From the NCBI GenBank assembly GCA_018398765.1, contig JAHBMJ010000136.1, positions 1-56,271 on the forward strand: a DNA stretch of 56,271 nucleotides, written 5' to 3'. Under the pieces are notes generated by a model, which was not told where the DNA came from, searched no databases, and worked only from the letters and a program-made list of their open reading frames with translations. The position numbers and the translations under genes are program-made. The first letter of the stretch is position 1. Each line of letters begins with the position of its first letter. Shown here piece by piece: positions 13,445-25,361 of the stretch. Source of the stretch: Chromera velia (taxonomy: Eukaryota).

Positions 13445-14155
13445 GAGGAAGAGACAGAGGGAGAGGGAGAGGGGGAGGGAGAGGGAGGGAGGGAGGGAGA
13501 GAGAGAGAGAGAGAGACGGAGAGACTATATGTTTCGTCTGAACGGACACACAGACAGACAGCCAGACAGACAGACAGACAGCCAGCCAGCCCGCCAGACA
13601 GACAGATAGACAGACAGACAGACAGACAGACAGCATGTCTTTGCGTCTCTCCCGCTTCATTCTCTCCTCCCATCCCTTTTTTCTTTTCTTCTGTTCTTAC
13701 TTCTTTCCTTCCGCTCTTCCTCTGTTTACTTCCTTTGTGCGCTATGCCTTCCCTTTTCTTTCCGTCCCATCCTTCTTTTTTCTCTCGACGCAGCGCTGAG
13801 AAGTCTTCACAGCAACGGAGACAGAGACACGGAGAGAGACAGTGAGATAGACGGAAGACGAAAATGAGCAAGAGCCACAAACAATTTCGAGCACCTGAGA
13901 AGCATTCGGATAAAACCAACCACCGCGCTTCCGTTGCTTTCCAGAGGCATGTCTCCTTCCTTTTCCGCCTGTGTCTCTCGGACCAGAAGGTCGGGACGAG
14001 GAGGAGAACGAGGACTTTTTTTCAGAGAACGAGACGGAGACGGCCCGACTTCTTGACCGCCGTCTCATTTGTCCTGGGAAAATGAAGCTGCGACCGAGAC
14101 TCAAAATGAGCAGTACTTGCAGCAGTGGCAGACTCCAAAACTTCAAAAGTCTCAT
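2242..14155 (-). CDS. Multi-exon gene for a large predicted plastid-targeted alpha-helical repeat (PPR-like) protein with possible C-terminal Smr-like domain; exon structure approximate, could be more than one gene
   Basis: First exon from ATG 14155 reads MRLLKFWSLPLLQVLLILSLGRS-FIFPGQMRRRSRSRAVSVSFSEKKSSFSSSS (hydrophobic signal, Phe, then Ser/Arg-rich transit-like peptide). GT-AG bounded helical exons lie near 12.9k, 12.25k, 9.2-9.5k (TVYSAVAEALIRSGRKEAALCL), 7.7-7.9k (AENALSIYRR), 6.4-6.6k, 5.8-6.05k (SEQMVRAYRSVGMP), 5.2-5.5k (SSVCALIGLA) and 2.83-4.15k. The last exon and stop (2459 or 2242) are not resolved. Confidence 0.55.
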
Positions 14156-14565
14156 GGGATCCGACACGGACAGAACGTCCTGGTCCCTGCCCTCCTCCCC
14201 TTTATCGTCAGACCAAGTGCAGAAAGTTCTGCTTGGAACCGAAAGTTCCTTTCGAGCCTGCCTTCATCCTGGGACCAGTTTGTGTGATGGGATGATCTTT
14301 TAGAAAAGAATCGTTGCGAAGGAGCTTTCCATGGACCAATTGAACTCTCAGACACTGTCATGTCCCTTGATTGTTGTCCTCTGACAGTGTGGAGCGGAAA
14401 AATGCGGAAAATACGTTCGTGCATGGACATTCGTGGACGTGCTCGAGCCGTCTACGCGCATGCATCGAGCAGTCTACATGCATTGACAAAACAAACGTTT
14501 GGTCCAAAATCGCCGCGCATGAAAAAACTCGGCTCGATCATACATGCTTGCATGCAGTGATCAAA

Positions 14566-14989
14566 TCCGACGACGATCCTCATGAGCGCATGCATGGATG
14601 ATTCTCCTGAGTGAATTGCTTCATCTGAATCAATCGAATGTTTCGAATCATGATCGAATTATGCAGTCCAGCTTGTTCATTAAAGGGCTCTGCATAAATG
14701 TACCCTCTTGCCAGGGTGTGTGTTGCAAACCCAAACAGACTCCGCATAAGAGACGTGAAGGAGCTTCACGGTGAGGATCTATGTATATATGTACTTCGCA
14801 TCTGCATCATGCATGATCCTTCTGTGCTTGCCCCTTTTTTTTCTCACCTCCGCTCAACGCCCTATTGAAGCCTTTTCTCCTGCTAGCTTCAGAAAAAAAA
14901 ACATTTATCCATCCATGCGCATTGCATTGCTCGTGTGTGTGTGTGTGCGTGAATGTGAGGATATTCGTGCATGCGCATGGCATTGCATG

Positions 14990-15022
<33 letters not shown>

Positions 15023-15077
15023 TATGTGTGTGTGTGTGAGAGTGTGTGAGTGTGTGTGTGAGAGTGTGTGTGAGTGT

Positions 15078-15115
<38 letters not shown>

Positions 15116-15182
15116 GCGTGTGGGTGTGTGTGCGCGTGTGTGTCTGTCTGTCTCTGTCTCTGTCTCTGTCTCTGTCTCTGTC

Positions 15183-15236
<54 letters not shown>

Positions 15237-15301
15237 TGTATGTGTGTATGTGTGTGTGTGTGAGAGTGTGTGAGTGTGTGTGTGAGAGTGTGTGTGAGTG
15301 T

Positions 15302-15339
<38 letters not shown>

Positions 15340-15784
15340 GCGTGTGCGTGTGTGTATGTNTCCGACGACGATCCTCATGAGCGCATGCATGGATGATTCT
15401 CCTGAGTGAATTGCTTCATCTGAATCAATCGAATGTTTCGAATCATGATCGAATTATGCAGTCCAGCTTGTTCATTAAAGGGCTCTGCATAAATGTACCC
15501 TCTTGCCAGGGTGTGTGTTGCAAACCCAAACAGACTCCGCATAAGAGACGTGAAGGAGCTTCACGGTGAGGATCTATGTATATATGTACTTCGCATCTGC
15601 ATCATGCATGATCCTTCTGTGCTTGCCCCTTTTTTTTCTCACCTCCGCTCAACGCCCTATTGAAGCCTTTTCTCCTGCTAGCTTCAGAAAAAAAAACATT
15701 TATCCATCCATGCGCATTGCATTGCTCGTGTGTGTGTGTGTGCGTGAATGTGAGGATATTCGTGCATGCGCATGGCATTGCATG

Positions 15785-15817
<33 letters not shown>

Positions 15818-15820
15818 TGT
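14566..15820. repeat. Near-identical ~460-bp direct duplication (14566-~15025 and 15361-~15820) around a (TG)n/(TC)n microsatellite block and a single N; probable assembly overlap
   Basis: Both copies begin TCCGACGACGATCCTCATGAGC (offset 795 bp). The second copy starts immediately after the N at 15360. Confidence 0.85.
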
Positions 15821-15839
15821 GCGCCTGCATGCAGAAGAA

Positions 15840-18800
15840 AATGAACACTTCTGAGTCGGACCTCCAGTCGATTGGCGTGGAGGTGGAAGAGGCTCTCTGC
15901 GTGCTGCTTGAGCACCAGGCTCCAGACCCCGAGGTCTGTGTATGAGATTTCGCATGTGTCCGTCAGAATTGAGGCCTGCATATACTCAGTCCGTTTTGAT
16001 CCGAAACCTTCAGAAAATGCTTCCCATTTCGTTTTGTGCATGAGAAACGCGGTTCGAACCCTTGCATGAAAGAACCCGTCGTATTTGTCGTCTGAATGTG
16101 ATCAATCTTCACGGGAGAGATCCATTGAACAGGTGTACACTCAAACTTGCAGGTGATTTCAGATCTCGTGCGAAGTCGTCGCTCGTTCGGAATTTGCTGG
16201 CTGGCCCTCTGCCTGTGTCGGAAGGTAGGTGAATCAATGCGGGAAGAGAGTCGTTCTGATACGGGCAGGTGGACGTTGAAAGCACAAACGTATTTTTGAA
16301 AATTCGGAGAAGAGACGATCTGGCCTCCACCAACGCACGTCGTATTTGCATGCATCTGCCCCCTCCTTCCTGTGTGCTCTCTGCATGCATGCGTGAAACT
16401 TGAATGGACGCAGAAATTGACGAAGCTCTCGGTTCACTCCATCGACGCTTCAAGTCAGCGACCTGGATTTGTGTTCCGCTCTTTTTCCTTACTTGTGGTG
16501 ATCAAATTGAAAAGCAGATTCGGCATGTGTGGACCGGCCATTGATTAAAGCGATACGTTTGTTGGTGTCTTTTCGTGTGTTTCGGTTAGTTCGTAAAGTG
16601 GTCCTTGTTTGACTTCCTTCTTCTTGACTCTTTTCTGTCCGTCCGTCCGTCTGTCTGTCTATCTTTTTTTTTTTCTTTATCTCTTTGTTTTTGTTAGTTT
16701 GCTGTTTTGCTTGTGTGTTTATCTGTTTGTTGTTTCGTTACTTCTTTGTGCATTTCCTTGTTTGTTTGCTTGCTTCTTTCTTTCTTCCTTCCTTCCTTCC
16801 TTCCTTCCTTCCCTCCCTCCCTCCCTCCCGGCTGAGTTGTAGGATCCTGCCGCCTTCTCAAAGGACGAGGGGCGGAAAGACAAGGAAAAGATCTTTAAAA
16901 GCGGAGAGAAGGGAAAGCGAATATGATTTACTAACATCAAAGATCGAAGAGAACAAATTGACTCCTGCCGAAATACAAGCAAGCTGTCATGCAGTTTCCT
17001 CCAATTTTTTTTGTATTGAAAGAAGTAACTAAATCGGCCTGTGATGGATGGATGGATGCAGAATGCAGGCTTTCCGCAAGGAAGGTCTTCCTCTTGCTGA
17101 GCTTCTGGCCTGACTCAACGGAGAAATCAATACTCGGTTGCTCGGCCGCGTGGCATGATTGATTTCTTTTCTTCTCCATTTGCCTCTTCTTTTCTCTTTT
17201 TGCACTCTTTGCTCCATCCAGAATATCCCACTTATTTTGCTTTTCGACTCCATTTCCCTTTTCTTCTGAAGTAATCTCTCTTTCAGGCATTCTTTCTGAT
17301 CCTTTCTTTGAAGGGACGATCTCCAGGAAAGGTCATGTGAAAATAGAGTCTTGCTTGATGCTCAGTTTCCATCCCCGCCGCGTCCCCCTCCATGCCTGCA
17401 GGGTCGTCATCTGTCAGAGGCGCCGCCTTACCCCTTCTCATCCGCTGCTTCACGCAGACTCGAGACAAAAGCGAAAGTGCATGTGAAGAGAGCATGAAAA
17501 ACCCGTCACTCAAAGACGCAGAAAAGGATGCTTCGCGGTCCCGTTTAAAATGCCTCTACTTTACAGGTGAGAACAAAAATAAAGAGCTGCGCCCTTCGTT
17601 CTCCGTGCAGTCGCTATTTTCTTTGGAAGAGCATGAGGCTCAGAATATCATGTTCATAGATGACCGAGCGTGACGATACCCTCTTCGTCCATTTCTTCTC
17701 TCTTCGATCTCTTCAGTTTGTAGCTAGAGGGAGGAGAGACAAAGATCGGGACTCATGTGAGAGTAGGCACAGGGTGTCACAAGAGTGTGATGGTGTGTGT
17801 CTCTGGAACAGGCTTGCTTTCCTCTGCTGTCCCCTTTTCAATTCGTCCTTTGAACGAACGAACATGCAGACAAAGCTCTCGGGTCAGAGGAGGCATTGGA
17901 GGTGTTCTCCTGTCTACCCCCATCTCTGGAAAAGCTTCAACTGGGAGGTCGGTCTTTCTTCTTTTTCATTCATGATTGCCTTCCTTTCTGACTGCCTCTC
18001 TGAGAAATTTGAGCCTCAAAGGGAGGGTACACAACCAGGGCGGAGAGAAAACGAAACGCCTTCTACTTTGTTGTGTTCTCTGAAGCGTATAGTATGGCGG
18101 CCGCCCAAGTTTGTTCTGCTTTTTCTTCTTTTTTTTCTCTTATGGTGTGCTGTTGTCTGCCCCAACAGCGGTATGCAAGGGCACATACAGAAAGAAGGTG
18201 ACCGAGCTAGGTCGAAGGAGCCTGCAGGGTTCCAAAACTCGATCTTCTCCGACTAAGGGCCTGCGCAGACTTACCTGCAGCCGTTTGTTCAATCAACTGA
18301 GAAGATGTTCCTTTGCATGATTGCATGAGTGTGTGCATGTATGTCTATGCATGTACGTGCAGACATGGGAGCAGGGACTCCTGAAGTCTTGAAAGCCCTG
18401 GGTACTGTCCTAGGGGGCCTCGGTCTGCCCTCTATCCTCGGGCTGTCTCTTTCCTTCCCTCACCGCCCAGACAATCCAGGAGACATCAGTCGTAGCATCC
18501 ACCAGCTGTTCGCAGGCTTCACTTCGAGGAATCCTGCCCATAGAATTGAGTCACTCACTATTCGAGGCATGTCTCGTCCCCTCGAAAAGGATCTGTTGAC
18601 AGCCTTCTTCCTAGCCGTCCGAGCCAAAGCACTTCCCGGACTGCGGGTGCTCTCTTTGTCCAGCCTTAATCAGCTGCAACAATTGACAGAAGCAATCAAA
18701 ACGGGGAAACTTTCCCGACTAGAGATTCTTCACTTGGATCTCGTGCGGAGTGCCGACCGCGATTTGCCCGTCTTGGAATTATCAGAGGCCCTAAAGGCGT

Positions 18801-19876
18801 CAATGGTTCCGAGTCTGAGGACTCTGCCGATTGGAGGATTAGCTTGTGGGGAGAGGGGAGTAACAAGTCTGTTGTCTGTGTTGGGGGGGTAAGAGGCTCC
18901 TCCTCTAGATTCTCTGTTTTTGTCTGTATGGGCAATTGGGCAAACGGACATCGAGGGTGTCTGCTCAGGAGCTTTTCCCTTCCTGGAGGGACTTTCTATT
19001 TGCAACTCTGACACCTTTTGTGTGTTGGCAGAGACCACAAGTCGCATAGAGAGAGCGGTCCCGCTCGTGGCGTTGGACCTTAAGCTTTCGACTGTGAAGA
19101 TGCAGAGTCAGGTAGGGCTCATCTCGAATCTCCTGATTGAAGAGAAACTCGGCTGTCTGAGGGATTTGAGCATTTCCAGACAGCGGAAAGACGGACTTGA
19201 TCTGCTTTTCTCGAGCCTCTTGTACATTTTTCAGTCTGTCCGCTTACCGAAACTCCGAAGATTAAATGTCGACTCCGACGGTCTGACCGATCAAGCCGCA
19301 CTGCCCTTGCTTAAAGGGATTCAAACAGGTTCCTTCCCATCGCTCAGGTCGCTGAGCCTACAGCACGGGGGGTTTGGCCGTAGATGGATGGAGGAATTTG
19401 GCCGAACGGCAAGTGCCAAGAAACTCCTTCTTCTTGAAACTCTCGACCTTTCTTTGACGGGCGCGGGTGCGGGTGCAGAATATCTTGCGGCGGCCATGGC
19501 CGCTGAGCTGCTGCCGAAGCTGCGCGAACTTGACCTTCGCAGCTGCCAGCTGACTGGCGCCGGCATGCTGGCATTTGCTGAGGCTTTGAAGGTGAGTGAC
19601 TTTCCCGCCTTAGAGGCACTGAAGCTCAGCGCCAATAGCATCACAGACGATGCACTTACTGCCTTCAGTGAAGCCCTTTCTCAACCAACGCTGCCTCGCC
19701 TTCAGACAGCGTCCTTTGGACCCTTTCATGGAGACTGGGAGGGGGAAAGGCTGGCGGTTGCTCTAAATGCCGGACGTCTTCCTTCGTTGAAGAATCTGTC
19801 TTTGTGGGCTCTTTCTAATTCTTTACATGCGTTTAAACAGAGAATCTCCACAGAACGCAGACATATTCTTCTTTGA
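15840..19876 (+). pseudogene. Leucine-rich repeat (RI/NLRC3-like) gene, apparently disrupted
   Basis: The long terminal exon 18363-19876 has LRR motifs (LPKLRRLNV, FPSLRSLSL, LETLDLS, LPKLRELDLRSCQLTGAGMLAFAEAL, FPALEALKLSANSITDDALTAFSEAL). An in-frame TAA at 18890-18892 splits one frame (SVLGG*EAPPLDSLFL). The exon at ~17870-17947 needs a 1-nt indel to read LPxSLEKLQLG. Putative upstream exons lie at 15840-15932, 16153-16223, ~17360-17566 and 18169-18282. Confidence 0.7.
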
Positions 19877-19919
19877 ATGTGTTAGCATTTGATGCTCCCG
19901 CGCACTCGCGCTGTTATCG

Positions 19920-21200
19920 AGGATTATCGAGGATCACCGAAGCTGTTACTAAGTAGTAGGTCAACTTTTCAATCCTAGACTCCTACTTTCAACCAATTTA
20001 ATAATTTTCAACCCTAGTTCCGAGCGTGTAAGTTGCCAAGAATATCATAGAATTTAAAGACTAATTCTGGGACTAATTAAAGTAGAAATATGAAGGATTA
20101 TGCAAGAATACTAATATGGCATAAATCCTGGATGATACCAGCTAGGGATGATACTAGGGATCGATGATACATAGAATATCGAATTCTATAGTATACAATT
20201 ATGAATGAATTTGAAATTTGTGCTAGAGTGTCGAATGTCTAGGAAATTTTGCAATGGGAATTAAGTGGAAATGACTGAAAGCAACTTCAAGTTTGCTTAA
20301 CAGGAACTCAACTATAGTGCCTCACTAGGTCCCTCACATTAAAAAAATGCTGTGCAAATTCAGTGCAATGATGCATATAGTGCTTAATCAACACCTCATA
20401 CTATGTTACTAGACTCTAGACTAGACTGAGGGTGCTGTGGAAATCTACCAGGGCAAGCTACTAGCCTCTTCATCATTTTGTTCACCAGCTATGGTTAACT
20501 TCTATGAAGAGAGGCAGTCAAGTTTTAAGACCTCCCTAATTTAACCTACCTACCACTTAAAAGTTGAAGCCGCATTTTTCAAGTCGGATAAGTTTGAAAG
20601 TCCGTACCGCAGGTGCGGATCGTCTAAGGTGTCTTGAAAGCTGAAGCCGCATATCTGAGTGGTGTCTTGATCGTTTGCGCCGCAGACGTGGATGGTCTGT
20701 TAAAAAAAGATGCCGCATATACAGATCATCTTGATTAAATCTTTTTAAGTGGTACTTAGGTTCAGGGAGGTTAGTTTTAATAATACCCTGAACACAATAG
20801 TCACAACTTATATACAAGAGGCAAACTTCTACTTGTCTAAGTTACTGACTTATTCTTAGTATTAGTTATCTGCTGACTAGCTGCTATAACTTTTACTAGT
20901 TCTAGTTAGCAACCCCGGGCAAAAAGTATCACGATATTGTTGATACAGTCTTGGCTTCTATATATCTATGTCAGCACTTAATACTAGCTTCTACATGTCT
21001 ATGTCAGCACTTAGTGCTGGTCAAGTTCCTAGCTTCCTATACTAGCTTGCACGTAAGCTTTTCTCATCTATTTTAGAAGTTCAAGTTTTTTAGCAGATTC
21101 TCTTTCTGGCAAGTACGTTTGTCCACTATTGTCCACACCTATTTCGATGCATACTGAAAAGACGTCTAGAAAGACGTCAAAGGTTAGGCATTCATCTCTA
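19920..21200. mobile_element. AT-rich, TpA/CTAG-rich degenerate repeat or transposon relic island
   Basis: Abrupt compositional shift from the flanking genes, no splice or microsatellite pattern, dense TAG/CTA, and an internal 33-bp tandem duplication at 20954-21019. No recognisable transposase. Confidence 0.4.
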
Positions 21201-23624
21201 TAGATGTGTCCCTCTTTGTGGTAAGTTTGTACTTATCGGTATGCATCGTTATTGATGGAGCAACAAAGTTTTTTTTTCCGTCAATCTCCCCTTCTAGCTC
21301 AATCTTCTCGGTTCTCTGGATCTGGCAGACCAGAATACAATCGTGACTGTCGACGTGACATAGACGCTTCAAAAGAAGGTGATACAGAAAAGGGTGCCAC
21401 ATATCAAGGCAGCCCTCTGACGTCTAATCCCACGCCCACATTTTTGATATCACCTTCTTTATCTTTTTCTTTCTCGCGTCTGCCTTGACATCCCCCCCGT
21501 TTACATACCTGGAGATGCAAACTTTCTTAAAACATATGCCTTTCACGCAGTAATGCACGCCTGCCGAATTCTTTTCCTTAAAACGGTACAGATTTTCTGT
21601 TGTGGGCAGACAATCACATTTGTGTGTCCATATTTGGAAACAAAAGCCTCCTTAAACACATGCCTCGTATGCAGAAAAGCCTCTTGCGTTTACTTAACAC
21701 ATTCTGATAAAAGCATGTTTCTTTCTGCCTTAAACCAGTACAAAATCATTGTGCAACACAGATGCAATTAAGCGCCTGTGGATCTAAGGCTGAAAATGGA
21801 GACGCAGCTTGCCACTTTCCTTCCTACCTTCCTTGTTTTTCCCTTTATTCCTTAAAAATGCATGCGTGCTTTATACAAAAAGCGAGCCATTCATTCCCGT
21901 AAGAAGACAGAAAAAAGAAAAAGAACTCATGGCGCTGTCTGTGTCCCGTCCGAACAAAAATTCGATCAGCGATTGTCTTCTAAAAGAGTTGTTACTTGAA
22001 TGGGCCCTTCTTGATAAATGGTGTTCATTAATACCCTCTTTCGTCCCTGCTTCTGCACTGGACACGTGTGAGAGAGGACGGAATGAGAAGAGAAGAGAAG
22101 AGAAACAGATGGAGCAATGGATCAGTGTGCAAGCAGGTCTGACTGACTGACTGACTGAAGAAGGAGACTAACTCCTCACCAAGAGCTCCTTTCTCTTTTA
22201 TGTTTTCTTGTTTCTTCTTCTCAAATTTCCATCAGACGAATTACAGTTTGACATCTTCTCCTGCTTTTCGTTTTCTCGTTTGCCTATCTCTATTCTCTGC
22301 GTTGCGCTTTTCTGCAGCATTCGGTCGCACTGTCTGTCTGTCTGTGCTAGTGAGTGGCGATACAGAACAGATTTGGGCAGTGGCTACACAAAGAGAGAAG
22401 AGAGAGAAGAATACCATGTTGGAGTCGTCAACAATCAAAAACACTCGGGGGTTAAGAAAACCCTTCAGTGCTGGAAAGAGAGAGAGAAAGAGAAAGAAAT
22501 AGAGAAACGGAGACGGATAGAGGAAATTACAAAGAAAAACCCCTGCAGCTAGGGAGAGATAAACAGCAAAAAGAGACATCTGGGCAAAGAAAGAGAAAGA
22601 CAGGCAAAGGCAGACAGAGAAATACCAGTGTCTTTTTACTGTTTGCTTCTATTCTTACATCCTCTCTACCTTTACTTTAGAATGAAATTCAATGCTTTTC
22701 CTCGTCGGCGCTTGTCTTTGTGTGCCCACTGTTTCAATTTCAACTGCCCACATGGTCTGTCTCTTCGTATTCTTGTTATTTCGCAAGTTTCTAGCTCCCC
22801 TATTGGTTTGTATGTCTGCCTGCCTACCTCTGTTAGCTTTGTCTGCCTGGTCTCTCGTCGCTTCCCTTTTCTTTTTTTCTGATCTGCTCACTGCACTTCT
22901 CTTCTCTTCTCAATTCGATTGATCGGGAGTAAATGGAGAGCTAAAGCTATAGTTCAAACCTTGACTTATACTGGAGTGGACTAATCTTTTAGCAAGTGAG
23001 GGAGTGATAGTAGTCAGCAGTAGATCTGTTCTAATCTGTTCGATATAGTTCAATAAAACTACCGTATACTAAAAATTTGTGGATATACATAGATCGATGA
23101 AGCATTGAGGATAGAACCGGCCTGGAGTCTGGCCAGAAGATGCCAGAAGTTACTAAAAGTGGAAACTCTAGGAAAGAGGCAATAGTACACGATAGTATTA
23201 TATGTATTAAAGGCAAAGACCAGGATCGAATCGATCATGGTAGATCATGGATAGACACCTAGATAGACATATAGTATTGTGTTACATACATTCACATACC
23301 CTATGCTATATGCTCAGTAATAATATGTTGATACACTTAGATACAGTCGGATCCAGTGCTTTCGGTATTCTTCAGTACTTCTAGGCACTTCTAATAAAAA
23401 AAAAAATTGGAGGGTCACACATGCTAGATCGGTTTCATTTTATGCTACTTACAGTTGTCTACAGTTGTCCGTAGTTGTCGGTACTTAATCCTATAGTGTA
23501 AAAACAAACCTATTAACTGTAGGCTATGAAAAAAAAATTTTCTGCCCCTAGGCATGATCTGTATATATATATATATATATCTTTAGATACATTTTTTATA
23601 ACCCATAATATAATATATGTACTG

Positions 23625-25361
23625 TATAGTGACCAGATTTGATTTGATAGGATTTGATTTGATTTAATTTAATTTGATTTGATTTGATTTGAGCTTCAAG
23701 CTCAAATCTGACCAGATTTGAGGTAGATTTGTCAATAAGGTTGAAGTTTAGAGGTCACTCTCTTAACTCTGAAGATGACATAACACAGTCAACACCACTA
23801 GCAAATCTAGTAGCAAATCCTAGAAAGCCTTAGAGATAAGAAAATCACTAAAAACTAGCTTTTGAGCATTTATATTAGTGAAAATATATACTGGAATTGC
23901 CCAGGCGGAGGAAGTTAAAGTGCGTTCAACGCGATGGGAGGAACCAACACAGATTAAAAAGCACGTACAGGCATGGTGGAGCAGAAGATGTTAGGGAGAG
24001 AAGGCTAGGAAAGAATGAAAGGCAATGCAGGCAGTTTAAGCAGGCATACAATCGCAGACGTTACTGACGGTTTTCTGGAGTGGGGGGAAAGAAGAGACAC
24101 ATGCAGAGAGTGCACAGAGTCGGGGGCGGTTGGGGGTACGCAAAAGCAACCCAGAGCCAGAACAAGAGCCCGAGACAAACCTGAGCAGGAACTTAAAAAG
24201 AGGTAGTGTAGGGCTAGAATGCAGAGAAAAGATAAAGAAAGACAAAAAGAATTGAAGGATGAAAATGAGGGAGTCATCGTTTGAGAAGAAGCATGTGGTA
24301 GTCAGTAGACAAGCAGTTTCTACCTCCCAACAGACTAACCACTCAAACGTCCTTGAGAAAAAAAAAAAAATACAAGAGGAAGAGAGCTACAGAGAAGATA
24401 GAAAGTAGTCATTCAGATGAAGTATCCTCGCTTGGGGGGTGAGTTGAATTGGTCGATCGCTGCATAGACAGACGTCTGAGTACAAGGCTAACAGGGCGGC
24501 GTGGGTACGCGGAAAGCGATACACGTACGTGGGACACTGCCGTGACGGCATGCAAACAGACGGACGCACGTGGAGGTTCTAATCTAAATATCTGGCTCAC
24601 GTGCATGCATGCAGTTATGGCTCACATGCATGCATGCAGTTACGGTTTTTTGCTTTCTGTTGAATAAATGTCATGCCGCAGTGAACGAGTTTTTGAGATG
24701 GGCGTCATTCAGACGGAGGGTGTTTGAGGAGTGTCCAGGACGGTATGGATACATAGAGGGAGACGCTCTGGCGGCTAGACATACAGGAATTATCAGAAGG
24801 CAGCGGGCGATCGAGAAACTAACAAAAGAATATGAGGAGACGATTGATAACTTAGAGACGACCGAAGGAGCGTTAGGGTGGGGAAGGAGGGAGACGCAGA
24901 AGAAGATTCATAAAGCGAACAAGAAGAGTAAGAAAGCTCAAATCGTATGCCGTTTCAGATCGATTTTAAGGCCAGAAAGCCAACATGGATCCAGAGCCAT
25001 GGCTCGAACAATGAACAATCATGCAGTAGCGGCCAGGGCAACAGACTCTGGCGGGCCCTGAGGGCGGGGTCTGATACCTCAGCTTAGGCCAGGCTGGGGA
25101 ACGCCCCGCCTTGCTAGCTCTGACGACAGATAGACATAGCGGGAAGGCCCTAGGACGGAACATATCAATCAATCAATCAATCAATCATACAGATGATGGA
25201 TTGACCTCGATGGAAGATTTAAGGCTAAAAGGTCAGATTTGAAGTAGATTTGATCGGATTTGAGAGGCCGTATCATGCTAAAGTTTGTCATGCCTAATAT
25301 TTGATTTAAATTGAGGTTAAGCCCTACTTCAAATCAAATCAAATCAAATCTGGTCACTATA
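23625..25361. mobile_element. Inner TIR element (Tc1/mariner-like TA ends) with subterminal (GATTT)n repeats, nested in the outer element
   Basis: TATAGTGACCAGATTTGATTTGAT at 23625-23648 and its exact reverse complement ATCAAATCAAATCTGGTCACTATA at 25338-25361. Confidence 0.75.
23900..25187 (+). mobile_element. Probable truncated retroelement (LINE-like) insertion with (ATCA)n tail, inside the inner TIR element
   Basis: GC-richer, purine-rich segment with interrupted ORFs (24609-25061), then a ~100-nt GC-rich UTR and (ATCA)6 at 25164-25187. No diagnostic RT motif seen; 5' boundary approximate. Confidence 0.4.

Noticed and set aside
14865..15409. Long ORFs of CV/HT/SL/RE dipeptides (also at 10.7k, 13.4k, 28.5k, 53.3k and elsewhere)
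   Set aside because: Translations of (TG)n, (CA)n and (GA)n microsatellites that simply lack stop codons.
18889..18908. GTAAG...TAG micro-intron that would remove the LRR stop codon
   Set aside because: It is 20 nt, not a multiple of 3, so removal would shift the downstream LRR frame. It is also far shorter than the other introns here.
25119..25162. Hammerhead ribozyme suggested by CTGACGA in the retroelement-like 3' UTR
   Set aside because: No stem II followed by GAAA and no matching stems I/III could be found by eye.
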